This document shows, piece after piece, positions 18,236 through 28,043 of a DNA stretch of 64,000 nt. Origin of the DNA: Candidatus Latescibacterota bacterium (GTDB taxonomy: Bacteria; Latescibacterota; UBA2968; UBA8231); NCBI GenBank assembly GCA_965248355.1, contig OZ252098.1:1632001-1696000 (forward strand), in the 5' to 3' direction. Each line of letters starts with the position of its first letter. The stretch's first letter is position 1. Made by a program: the position numbers and the translations under genes. Under the pieces are notes generated by a model. It saw only the letters and a program-made list of their open reading frames with translations. It had not been told where the DNA came from and ran no database searches.

Positions 18236-20854
18236 CGTGGGTCACGTCGTATCAATACCGGTGGCGGCTGACGATGCCGCCCGACTGGTCGAGCTGGGCA
18301 AGCGCCGGGGCCGGCTTGAGCCACACGGTGGAGGACCTGACCAACGGCCGCACCCACACCTTCGAAGTGCGGGCGGTCAATGCCGTCGGCAAGGGGCCGG
18401 CCTCCAACCAGGCCTCGGCGACGCCCCAGGCGTGCGAGTTGTCGCTGTCGGGGCCTACATCGGTGGACTACGCCGAGAACGGCACCGGCTCGGTGGGCAC
18501 CTACACGGTGACCCGCTCCAGCGCCTGCGACCCGGCCGCGACGCTGTCGTGGTCGCGGGTCGGCACCAATCCTCTGGACTTTCGATTGCAGGGCTCCGGG
18601 TCGTCGAGATCGCTGCATTTCAAGACCTCCCCCAACCACGAGGAGAAGGACTCCTACGAGGTGACGGTGCAGGTCAGCGCCGGGTCCGAGTCGGCGAGCC
18701 GGCCGGTGACGGTGACCGTTGAAGACGTCAACGAGCCGGGCACCGTCACCATCTCCTCGGACAGCCCCTATGTGGGCGACCGGGTCTGGGCCACGCTCAC
18801 CGACCCGGACGGCGTCGAGGGGCCGACGTGGTCGTGGACCTCCGTGGGCACGGGCTCGCGCTCGCCTCCGACGGAGTCGGACTCGTATTACCACACGGTG
18901 CCGGCGTCCGCCTTTGGCCGGATTCTCCAGGCGACGGTGGGCTACACCGACGCCCACGGCCCCCAGAGCGCGGTGGGCACCGCGGGCCCGGTGCAGAGGC
19001 GGCCCTGCAGCCTGTCGCTGTCGTCGGGGCCGACGTCGGTGACCTACGCCGAGAACGGCACCGGCTCGGTGGGCACCTACACGGCCACGAATTGCGACGG
19101 GCTCACGTGGTCGCTGTCGGGCACCGACGACGGCGCCTTCGAGTTGACCGGCTCCGGGTCGTCGCGCACGCTCGCCTTCGACGACCCGCCCAACTACGAG
19201 GTCAAGAGTTCGTATGCGGTGATCGTGGAGGTCGCCTCCGGGTCCGAGTCGGACAGCCGGACGGTGACGGTGAACGTTGAAGATGTCAACGAGCCGCCGG
19301 TGATCTCGGGCCCGGCCAGCAAGTCGGTGCCCGAGAACACCACCCCGGTGGCCACCTACACGGCCACCGATCCGGAAGGCCACTCGGTCACCTGGAGGAT
19401 GGCGACCGGGGGCGGCACCTTCAGCATCGGTGGAAGCAGCGGCGTCCTGGCTTTCAAGAGCGCCAAGGACTACGAGGCCCTGAGCAGCTACACCTTCACC
19501 GGCACGATCCGGGCCACCGACAGCGGCTCCCCGGAGGCGTCCTCGACCCAGGCCGTGACCGCGACGGTGACCAACGTCGACGAGCCGGGCACGGTGACCC
19601 TGTCCTCCGGCAGCCCCTATGTGGGCGACCAGCTCACGGCCACCCTCACCGACCCGGACAAAGGCATCCGGCAGCCGACCTGGTCCTGGACCTCCGAAGG
19701 GGCCGGTGCCCGCTCTCCTTTCGGTGCAGTCGTTGCGCTACACCGTGCCCGTGGGCGATTTCGGCCGGATCCTGAAGGCGTCGGTCGGTTACACCGACAA
19801 TCATGGCCCCGGCAAGAGGGCCTCGCGCACGGCCTCGGTGCCGGTCCGGGCGCACCGGCCGGACCCGCCGCCCGACTTCGACGCCGCCCGGGGCGACGGA
19901 CAGGTGGTCCTGACCTGGGGCCAGGCCGACGGCAACGGAGCCCCGATCACTGGGTATGGATACCGCTATCGCTCGGACACCGGCTCCTGGCCGTCCGGCT
20001 TTACGTCGATCTCCGGCCGTAGCAAGACGATCAGCCTGACCAACGGCACGCTCTATCACTTCCAGGTCCAGGCCCGCAACATCGGCGGCGCCAGCTCGTC
20101 GTCCGAGGACTCGGCCACGCCCGCCGGCACCCCGGGGGCGCCGCAGAGCCTGGCCACCGACCGGCAGGGCGGGAATGGGTTCATGGAGCTGACCTGGGAG
20201 GCGGCCGCGGCCAACGGCTCGCCCATCCTGGCCTACTACTACCGCTACAAGAAGACCGGGGACGAGGACTGGCGCGGCTGGTATCGCCGCACCGGCGGGG
20301 CCAACGCGCGCAGCAAGAGCTGGACCAACTTCGACGACGGCTCCGCGTACGTCTTCCACGTGCGGGCCCGCAACGGGGTCGGCTACGGCTCCACCGCCCA
20401 GATCTCGGCGTCGGCCCTGGGTCCCGGCGCCAGCCGCGGGGACCGGGGTGAGCACGAAGAGACCGAGGACGAGCTGATGCCCGAGGGCGAGGTCCCCGAA
20501 CCCGGCGAGGACGACGTGGTGGTCTTCGCCAAGCCGGTGGCCGAAGGGCCGGAGGCCAGCTGGCTGGCAGGAGCCGACTCGCTGGCGGTGCGCCCCGGGC
20601 CGAACCCGTTCAACCCGGAAACCACCTTGCGCTTCCAGTTGCCGGAAGCCGCGCCGGTGACCCTGACCATCCACAACACCGCCGGCCAGCGGGTAGTCGA
20701 GTTGGTCCGCGGCGAGATCCTGACCGCCGGGCTCCACGAACGCGCCTGGTCCGGCACCGACGAAGCCGGCCGACCGGTCGCTTCGGGGCTGTATCTCTAC
20801 CGCCTCGTCGCCGGAGACCAGGTCCGCGTCGGCAAGCTCGCCCTCATCCGGTAG
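18236..20854 (+). pseudogene. 5'-truncated, frameshifted FN3/cadherin surface-protein gene with C-terminal FlgD-Ig/T9SS-like domain
   Basis: Starts mid-FN3 (VTSYQYRW) at the IS end; cadherin motifs YAENGT, PNYE.K; frame change near 19718 links ORF 18223-20022 to ORF 19619-20854; ends PNPFNP...VASGLYLYRL...KLALIR*. Confidence 0.8.
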
Positions 20855-20894
20855 GAGGGGCCAGACAGGAACGACGCCGACGGGGGCCTCCAAA

Positions 20895-20963
20895 GGGCGC
20901 ACTTCGGTCGCCCGCAGGGCAGGGGCGGCACGACAGTCAGCCGCCGCCCCCGGGTGCGGCGGC
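20895..20963. terminator. GC-rich hairpins between convergent genes
   Basis: GGGCGCAC-TTCG-GTCGCCC and GCCGCCGC-N-GCGGCGGC stems; no U-tract. Confidence 0.3.
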
Positions 20964-20989
20964 GATCTCCCCGGGTCGAGCCCCTCTCC

Positions 20990-21826
20990 CTATCCCGGCT
21001 CCGGGTCCCCGGGCGGGGCCAACCAGCCGTCGGCCTCCCCTTCCTCCTCCGCGTCGAAGTCGAGGCCCGGTCCGGCCTCGCGCCCCCGCGCGCAGTAGGA
21101 CCGGTACGGACAGTGGCGGCAGGCGCCGATGTCCTCGGTCCGCGGGAAGGCCTCCTCCCCCTTCTCCAGCCCCTCCTCGATCTGCGCCGCCGACGATTCG
21201 ATCCGCCGGCGGGCCTCCTCGTGCTGCTCCCCGTCGTAGTGCAGCACCACCGGCTGCTCCGGCAGGGCGCTCTGCCAGTAGACGAACCGGATCCCCTCCG
21301 CGGCCACCGGCCCGGGCGCCAGGGAGGGCGCCGCCTCGAGGGCGACGAAGCGGTAGACACTCGTCTGCCAGCTGCGCTCCAGGCGCTCCCGCGGCGCCGG
21401 GGCCCCCGTCTTCCAGTCGACGATGTCGAGGCGCGCGCCGCCGGGTCCGCCGCTGACCTCGAGGCGGTCGAAACGGGCCACCAGGCGCCGGCCGCCGGCC
21501 AGGGAGACCTCCAGCTCCAGCTCCGCGTGAAGGGCGATGCGCGGCCCCTCGGGGGGCGGCGGCGGATGGCGCCGGTAGCGCTCCCACCAGGCGGCCAGCT
21601 CCGCGTCCCCCGAGGCCCGGACGATCTCGTCCGCCGGCAGGCCGAGGGCGTCCTGCTGCACGAGCAGGTGGAACCGCTCCCCCCGGCGCAGGGAGCGCTC
21701 CCACTCCTGCTCGGAGCCGGTGAGCGGCGCCGGCCACTCGAGGCGGCGCACGTAGCGCAGGTAGAACCGGCGCTCGCAGCGGGCGAAGGCGGACAGGGCG
21801 CTCTGGCTCAGGGGCGGCAGGTTCAT
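20990..21826 (-). CDS. PD-(D/E)XK nuclease (AddB/RecB-like) with four-Cys Fe-S staple
   Basis: LSQSALSAFARCERRFY, RGERFH, ARFDRL, IVDWKTG, Q...Y, CRHCPYRSYC. Confidence 0.9.
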   Translation of the reverse strand: MNLPPLSQSALSAFARCERRFYLRYVRRLEWPAPLTGSEQEWERSLRRGERFHLLVQQDALGLPADEIVRASGDAELAAWWERYRRHPPPPPEGPRIALHAELELEVSLAGGRRLVARFDRLEVSGGPGGARLDIVDWKTGAPAPRERLERSWQTSVYRFVALEAAPSLAPGPVAAEGIRFVYWQSALPEQPVVLHYDGEQHEEARRRIESSAAQIEEGLEKGEEAFPRTEDIGACRHCPYRSYCARGREAGPGLDFDAEEEGEADGWLAPPGDPEPG

Positions 21827-24051
21827 CCGGGCTCTCCCCGTGATTCGTCGAGAATCGCGCCCAGGCGGCCGAAGAGGAGGGCCTCCGGCGCCGCGCGGGT
21901 GCGCTGTCCGGCCGGGATGGTGCGGCTGAAGCTGACCGCCAGGAAGCGCCGGGCCCGGGTGATGGCCACGTAGAGCAGCCGCAGCCGCTCGCAGATGTAC
22001 TCCAGCTGGCCGGCGCCCGCCACGGAGGGGCGCGGCTCGGCGCCCAGGAGGCCCTCGAGGCGGGCCCTCGCCATGTAGGCCGGATCCCCTCCGAGGTGGG
22101 GCTGGTGCCCGCGGAAGAAGTCCTCCGGGGCCCCCGGGAACTCGATGCCGTCGACCCCCACGAGATAGACGAGGTCCCACTCCATGCCCTTGGACTTGTG
22201 CATCGTCGTCAGGGTCAGCTGCCCGGGCTGCGGCTCGTACGCGGCCTCGTCCCCGGCGCCCAGGATCTCCCGGGCCGCCTCCGGCCGCTGCAGGTCGGCG
22301 GCCAGCTCCGGCAGCCGCCAGCCGGGGTTCTGGTCCGTCCGCCGGCGCAGGTATCCGGCGACGCGCTGGGCCCGGGCCAGATCGTCGCCTTCGAAGAGCT
22401 CGGCGGCCACGGCCAGGGCGAGCTGGTCCACGGGGAAGCGCCCCGCCTCCAGCCAGCGGCGGGCCCGCCGCGCCAGGACGCCGAGGGGCTGCAGGTCCCC
22501 GTGCCGCCGGGCCACCGGCGGGAAGGCGTCGGCCACCGAGACTCCCGGGGCCGGATAGAGCAGGCTCTCGGGGCGGTAGCAGCTGCGCACCAGGGGCCGC
22601 AGCTCCTCGGTCTCCGGGCCCTCTCCGGCGGTGGCCCGGAAGACGCCTTCGAGGGCGGCCGGGAGGAGGGGGTTGGCGACGAAGGTCAGGACCCGGGCGA
22701 GCCGGTCGATCACCTCCCGGGAGCGGCGCGTGGTGGTCAGGCGCTCGTCGAAGGAGACCCCCTCCTGGCGCAGGACCTCGGCCATCTCGAAGCCGAGTCG
22801 GTTGGTGGGCACGAGCACGGCGAGGGTGCACTCGGGCCGGGCCCGGGTGAAGCCGAGGGCCCGCCGGGCGGCGTAGGCCAGCTCCTCGGCCCGGTGGTCG
22901 AAGGCGCGCAGGGCGACGGCGCTGTCCCCGTCCTCCGGATTCGGCTGCGGATCCCCGGCCCCGGCCGGATCCATCCGTTGGCGGCGGAAGGCCTCCTGCC
23001 GGACCTCGGGGACCGGGTAGGCCTCGCACGTCCAGGCCACCAGGCCGTTGGCCAGGCCCATGATCCCCGGGGCGCAGCGGCCGGAGACGGACATCTCCAC
23101 GGTGCCCACGTCCCCGCGCTCGAGAAAGCGGCGCAGGAACCGGGGATCGGCGGAGGTGAAGGTGCTGGTGATCGACTGGTTGGGGTCGCCGACCCGGATC
23201 CAGTGGCCGGAGCCGGAGGTCAGCCGCCCCAGGAGCTCCTCCTGGAGGGGGACGCTGTCCTGGGCCTCGTCCTCGAGCACCACGGGCCAGCGCGCCCCGA
23301 GCCGTTGGGCCACGTCCTCGTGGGAGGCGAGCAGGTCCACGGCCAGGCGCACCATGTCGTTGAAGTCGATGCCGCCGCCGTTCTCGACCAGCAGCTGGTA
23401 GCGCCCGTAGAGCTCGGCGCCGATGGCCAGGAGCCGCAGGGGCAGGTCCCCGTTCTCCCCGCGACCGGCGGCGGCGGACAGCAGAGCCAGCAGCCCCCCT
23501 GCATCGAGGCGGCGATTCTTGGCGCCGGCGATCACCGTGCGGGCGATCTCGGCGCCGATGCGGCCCCATCTCTCCTCCCAGGCCGTGTCGTGCTCTCCGG
23601 GGGCCAGCGGTTCCCAGCGGTGCCGGTTCCCGGCGCTCCACTCGCCGAGGGCGCGGTCGATCAGTTCCTGCTGGGAGCGCTCGTCCAGGACCCTGAAGTC
23701 GGAGTCCGTGCCCGCGTGCCCGGGCCAGGTCTGGACGATGCCGAAGGCCAGGCTGTGGAGGGTGCGCACCTCGTACCCCGCCGGGGGCAGCCGGCGGCCG
23801 GCCAGGGCCCGGGCGATGCGCCCCCGCAGGGCATCGGCGGCGGCGGCCTGGTAGGTGACCACCAGGACCCGGCCGGCGGCGGTCAGGGGGCCCAGACCCC
23901 GGCTGCGGCGGTGCAGCAGCTCGGCGGCGAGGTGGGCGATGGTCGTCGTCTTGCCGCTGCCGGGGACCGCCGCCACCCCCAGCAGACCCCCCTCGTACTC
24001 GAGGATCCGGCGCTGGCCGGGCCGGGGCCGGAAGTCCTCGGCGCCGTTCAC
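21823..24051 (-). CDS. UvrD/REP-family (SF1A) ATP-dependent DNA helicase
   Basis: AVPGSGKTT, RTLHSLA, LEDEAQD, VGDPNQSI, TMHKSKGMEWD, ERLRLLYVAITRAR; GTG start overlaps the upstream stop. Confidence 0.93.
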   Translation of the reverse strand: MNGAEDFRPRPGQRRILEYEGGLLGVAAVPGSGKTTTIAHLAAELLHRRSRGLGPLTAAGRVLVVTYQAAAADALRGRIARALAGRRLPPAGYEVRTLHSLAFGIVQTWPGHAGTDSDFRVLDERSQQELIDRALGEWSAGNRHRWEPLAPGEHDTAWEERWGRIGAEIARTVIAGAKNRRLDAGGLLALLSAAAGRGENGDLPLRLLAIGAELYGRYQLLVENGGGIDFNDMVRLAVDLLASHEDVAQRLGARWPVVLEDEAQDSVPLQEELLGRLTSGSGHWIRVGDPNQSITSTFTSADPRFLRRFLERGDVGTVEMSVSGRCAPGIMGLANGLVAWTCEAYPVPEVRQEAFRRQRMDPAGAGDPQPNPEDGDSAVALRAFDHRAEELAYAARRALGFTRARPECTLAVLVPTNRLGFEMAEVLRQEGVSFDERLTTTRRSREVIDRLARVLTFVANPLLPAALEGVFRATAGEGPETEELRPLVRSCYRPESLLYPAPGVSVADAFPPVARRHGDLQPLGVLARRARRWLEAGRFPVDQLALAVAAELFEGDDLARAQRVAGYLRRRTDQNPGWRLPELAADLQRPEAAREILGAGDEAAYEPQPGQLTLTTMHKSKGMEWDLVYLVGVDGIEFPGAPEDFFRGHQPHLGGDPAYMARARLEGLLGAEPRPSVAGAGQLEYICERLRLLYVAITRARRFLAVSFSRTIPAGQRTRAAPEALLFGRLGAILDESRGEPG

Positions 24052-26168
24052 GGCATGGGCTCCGCCGGTCCCGCGAGCTGGGCCGCCGCCTGCAGGAGGG
24101 GGCTGTCCGCCTCGGGCTGGCCGCGGCCCTCGGTCTCGCTCCAGCACACGTACACCGCCTCCCCGGCGCGGCTGCACAGGCCGCGCACCAGGCGGCCGAG
24201 GGTGCGGTTGCGGGTCTCGTAGTCGACGGCGTCCGTCCAGCGGGCCTCCCGGGGCCAGCGGCGGGACAGGACGTGGGGATTGGTCAGCGGCTGATGCGGG
24301 GGCTCCCACCAGCTGATCGAGCCCGCGTCGAGCCAGAACTGGTAGCGGTCGAAGCGCTCCTCGAGCAGGTAGGTGTAGACCGGCGCCATGACGAGCACGG
24401 CGCCGGGGACGGCGTCGGGCGCGTCCGGCGGGTGCGCGGCGGCCACCACCCCCTCCTCCACCATGCGGGCATAGCCCTCGGCCGTCCCGCCGGGGTCGGG
24501 GCCGGCGCCCAGGGAGGGGGCGGAGCGGCGGAACCAGGAGGCGGAGGCGATCAGACGCGAGTACATGGCCGCCCTCCCCGGCTCGAGATCGGGCCGCGAC
24601 AGGACCTCCCCGAAGAGCTGCCGCAGGAACAGATCGAGGGGCTGGGGCTCGCCCTGCCGGCGGGCGGCGAGCCACCGGCGCAGGGTCTCGAAGGCTTCCA
24701 GGGTCCCCGGCGGCAACCGCTCGCGCAGCCGCGGGTCGGCCTCGCCGAGCTCCCGCAGGGTGCCGGAGCCGGCGTCGTACGCCGCCCGGGTCAGCAGATG
24801 GGCGCGCACGGCGTCCAGGCCCAGGGCCGCCTGAAGCGCCTCCGAGAGATCGCTGGCATGGGGGGGGCGCTTCCAGCCCGGGTAGGCGAGCGCCGCCAGG
24901 GCCAGGGCCAGGCGCGTCTCCGGCTCCTCGCGCAGGCTCTCGAAACGGCGGACCACGGCGCACGGGATCCGGGCCTCCCGCAGGGCCTCCCCCACCAGGA
25001 ACCGCAGGACGCCGTCGGCGTGGGGGGCGACGATGGCGATCTCCCCCGGCTCGGCCTCGCCGCCGGCCACGAGGCGCACGACCTCGGCGGCGACCTCGCC
25101 GACCATCTGCCCGCGGTGGCGCGCCGAGAGCAGGCGCAGGGGCCCGGCGGCGGCGTCCTCGGCGGGGACCTCGCCCTCGGCGGCCGGCGGTTCGAAGCTC
25201 GCCGACAGGGCGCGGCCGAGGCGGACCGTGGGCCTCACCGGCTCGTCGGGGACCTGCAGGCGCCGGCCGCACGCCTCCCGCAGGGACCAGGCGCCCTCGG
25301 GATCGACCCCGAGGAAGACGCGGAAGCCCCCGTCCCGGCGGGCCACGAGCAGGGCGGAATCGACCGCCTCCAGACGCTGGCGGATGAAGTCCTGGGCCAG
25401 CGGCACCGTCTCCTCCACGGCCTCCACCAGGAGGTGCCGGAAGCGACCGTCCAGATAGTCCCGGAAGTCGCTGCAGGGCAGCAGGTTCCGGTGGAAGATG
25501 TGGAGCACGAGGGAGACGTCGACGAGGTTGTGGGCCAGGCAGTGGGCGCGGTAGCCCTCGATGCAGGTCTGGGCCTGGTGGAACCACGCCTCCCGGCCCT
25601 CCCCGTGAGCCGTCCAGGCGTCCCGCAGCCGGGGGCCGACCTCGGCGATGTCGTAGCCGTTGACGCCGGCCTTGTTGAGGTTGTCGAGCAGCTGGGAGAG
25701 CAGTCTCTGGGGCCGCAGCGAGAGCCCGTCGAAGGCGCCCTCTCCGAGCAGAGGGTCGACGATCTGCTTCATCACGTACTGGGCGGTCTCGTAGGTCAGC
25801 AGGACCGGCGGCTCCAGGGGGGCGCCGAACCCGGCCTCGGCGGCGACCCTCGGCCAGAACAGGCGGACCATGCGCGACGCCAGACCGTAGAAGGTGTGCG
25901 GCTCGACGGAGACCGCCGACCGGCTCCCGGGGCCCTGGACGGCCGGCGGGTCCGGGCGCCGGCGGGGCCGCTGCGGGACCAGCACCAGCAGCTCATCCCC
26001 GCGCACCCCCTGGTCCAGGAGCGACCCCAGCCGGTCGCGGACCAGGGCCCCGGCGGCGACCGGTCCCTGGGGCAGATCGATCCACAAGGTGCCCGCCGCG
26101 GGGGCGGCGATGGCCCGGGCCACCTCGTCGGGCCAGGAGTCGGTGACGGGCCCGTCCGGCTCCGTCAC
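24048..26168 (-). CDS. Inactive UvrD-like helicase-fold protein (RecC/AddB-like partner without nuclease domain)
   Basis: ELLVLVP, HTFYGLA and FRHLLVEAVEE (degenerate Walker B), EIAIVAP, YQFWLD; no Walker A GKT. Start is GTG 26168 (GTGA overlap) or ATG 26183. Confidence 0.75.
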   Translation of the reverse strand: MTEPDGPVTDSWPDEVARAIAAPAAGTLWIDLPQGPVAAGALVRDRLGSLLDQGVRGDELLVLVPQRPRRRPDPPAVQGPGSRSAVSVEPHTFYGLASRMVRLFWPRVAAEAGFGAPLEPPVLLTYETAQYVMKQIVDPLLGEGAFDGLSLRPQRLLSQLLDNLNKAGVNGYDIAEVGPRLRDAWTAHGEGREAWFHQAQTCIEGYRAHCLAHNLVDVSLVLHIFHRNLLPCSDFRDYLDGRFRHLLVEAVEETVPLAQDFIRQRLEAVDSALLVARRDGGFRVFLGVDPEGAWSLREACGRRLQVPDEPVRPTVRLGRALSASFEPPAAEGEVPAEDAAAGPLRLLSARHRGQMVGEVAAEVVRLVAGGEAEPGEIAIVAPHADGVLRFLVGEALREARIPCAVVRRFESLREEPETRLALALAALAYPGWKRPPHASDLSEALQAALGLDAVRAHLLTRAAYDAGSGTLRELGEADPRLRERLPPGTLEAFETLRRWLAARRQGEPQPLDLFLRQLFGEVLSRPDLEPGRAAMYSRLIASASWFRRSAPSLGAGPDPGGTAEGYARMVEEGVVAAAHPPDAPDAVPGAVLVMAPVYTYLLEERFDRYQFWLDAGSISWWEPPHQPLTNPHVLSRRWPREARWTDAVDYETRNRTLGRLVRGLCSRAGEAVYVCWSETEGRGQPEADSPLLQAAAQLAGPAEPMP

Positions 26169-28039
26169 CGCGTCCGGGACCATTCCCGGGCTCTCTTCTT
26201 CAGTGCCTCCCGCTCCACGGTCCGGCCGAGCCGGCCCAGGATCTCGGCCGCGAGCCGGTACGAGCCGCCGCGCACCGGATCGATCTCCACGGCTCGAAGA
26301 GCATACTTGAGGGATTCCTCCAACTTGTTCATACGGAACAACATGAGGCTCACGTTATGATTCGTCGATTGAGATACGGGCGCGGCCTCGGCGGCGCCCC
26401 GGTAGGCCGCCGCGGCCGCCTCCCGGTCCCCCGCCCGCCGGTGGCGCTCCCCGGACATGAACCAGCAGTTGGCCACCAGCTTCCGCACCCATGGGTCCGG
26501 GGGGCTCCGAAGGCCGAGGTCCGACTCCGACAGCCAGGCCGCCGGATCGCTGGAGGTGTCCGGGACGGCGCGGGCCCGCTGCGGGACGGCGAGGTAGCTC
26601 AGGCCCCGGGGCTCGAAGCGGAATCCCTCCGGCGGGCGGCGCGCCACCAGGAAGTGCACGGGCCGGCCGGAGGTCAGCCAGGCCAGCTCCCGGCGGCGGC
26701 GCAGCGGCTCTCCCTGCCGTCCGCCGGGCGTGGTGGGATCGCCGCGGCCGAGGCGGTTGGCGATGGTCACGTCCGGTCGGACCCCCTCCACCCGGTGCAG
26801 GTAGTCCACCAGGAAGCTGGCGTCGTCGCCCTCGGTGACCAGCACCGACCCGGGGGGCAGCTCGGCCAGCAGCCGGCGACCGTAACGGTCCGGGAACCAG
26901 GCGCCGCTGCGGTCGGCCTCACCGAGATTGGCGGCGCAGAGGACGGCGGCGACGGCGAGCGCCGCCCCTGAAGCCAGCGGACCGAGCCGGCCCCGCAGCC
27001 GCCGAACGAGGTCGTCGAGGCCGAAGCCGCTCAGGGCGGCGGCGCAGAGGATGGTCAGGAGGAAGAAGACGTCCAGCCCGGCCGGGTCGCGGTGATATCC
27101 CAGGGCCGTGATCAGGTTGAGTGCCGCCGCCGCCGCAAGCACCCGGAAAAGGACCGGGTCGCGGCGCCAGGCCGCCACCGCCCCCCAGGCGAGGACCGGC
27201 AGGAACAGGGGCGTCCACTCCCCGGCCAGCTGGTCGCCCAGACGCCGCGCGTTGGCGGCCACCGCGGCCCAGGGGAGGCTGAAGAAGGAGGTCCGGTAGG
27301 TGGCCCCGGTGAGGTGGTCCCACAAGGCCGGCAGGGAGTCGAGGGGCCCCCAGTGAAACCCGGGGCCCAGGCCGTTGCGTACCGGCAGGTAGATCCACGG
27401 GCTCAGGCCGGCCAGGCCGCCAGCGGCCAGCCAGCCCACCTGGCGCAACCGCCGCGCCCTCCGGCCGGCCGGAGGGCGCCGGTCCGTCCCGAGGGCGGCC
27501 AGCAGCACCGGCGGGACCAGCAGCAGGGCCTGCAGGTGACAGGTGGCGGCCAGGCCCGCGGCGTATCCGCCCAGGAGCAGCCAGCGGGGGCGGTCGGCGG
27601 GATCGCAGGAGCGCGCCCGCAGCCCGGCGCCGAGGAGGACCACCGCCGACAGAGCGAACAGGCCGTAGACCTCGGCGATCACGGCCTGGCTCCAGAAGGT
27701 GCGGCTCCAGGCCAGCGCCAGCCCGCCCGCCGCCGCCGCCGCCCAGCCGCAGCCGCGCCCCTGCAGGAAGAGGGCCAGAGCGGCGGCGGCCGCGGCCGCC
27801 ATGAGGGCGGTGGCCGCGTTCACCGCCTGGGCCGCCGAGGCGGCCGGGACGATCCAGGAGAGCACCCTCCCCAGCACCACGTACAGGGGATACCCGGTCG
27901 GGTGCGGCGTGCCCAGCCCCCAGGTGGCGCCGATCAACTCCCCCGAGCCCTCCACGTAGACCGAGGGGCAGAGGGTCAGCAGATAGCTGATCGCGGAGAG
28001 GCCGAGGACGGCCGGCGGGACCAGGCGGGTCCGGGTCAC
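26165..28039 (-). CDS. DUF2723/TMEM260-like GT-C membrane glycosyltransferase with C-terminal TPR
   Basis: YLLTLCPSV...SGEL......LGTPHPTGYPLY, FWSQAVIAEVY, YLPVR, GDD..F...YL..VEG.RPDV; many TM segments; TPR-like helices at the C-terminus. Confidence 0.88.
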   Translation of the reverse strand: MTRTRLVPPAVLGLSAISYLLTLCPSVYVEGSGELIGATWGLGTPHPTGYPLYVVLGRVLSWIVPAASAAQAVNAATALMAAAAAAALALFLQGRGCGWAAAAAGGLALAWSRTFWSQAVIAEVYGLFALSAVVLLGAGLRARSCDPADRPRWLLLGGYAAGLAATCHLQALLLVPPVLLAALGTDRRPPAGRRARRLRQVGWLAAGGLAGLSPWIYLPVRNGLGPGFHWGPLDSLPALWDHLTGATYRTSFFSLPWAAVAANARRLGDQLAGEWTPLFLPVLAWGAVAAWRRDPVLFRVLAAAAALNLITALGYHRDPAGLDVFFLLTILCAAALSGFGLDDLVRRLRGRLGPLASGAALAVAAVLCAANLGEADRSGAWFPDRYGRRLLAELPPGSVLVTEGDDASFLVDYLHRVEGVRPDVTIANRLGRGDPTTPGGRQGEPLRRRRELAWLTSGRPVHFLVARRPPEGFRFEPRGLSYLAVPQRARAVPDTSSDPAAWLSESDLGLRSPPDPWVRKLVANCWFMSGERHRRAGDREAAAAAYRGAAEAAPVSQSTNHNVSLMLFRMNKLEESLKYALRAVEIDPVRGGSYRLAAEILGRLGRTVEREALKKRAREWSRTR

Positions 28040-28043
28040 GCCG

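Noticed and set aside
16800..18245. Simple IS insertion into one gene, reconstituting IKQ-ARPWV
   Set aside because: The right flank does read PWV, but joining needs extra bases, there is no target duplication, and the following TSYQYRW is a mid-FN3 strand; likely coincidence, though not excluded
20990..21826. Cas4 / CRISPR-Cas locus
   Set aside because: The nuclease has a Cas4-like Cys pattern, but there are no cas1/cas2 genes or repeat-spacer array, and it is coupled to helicases
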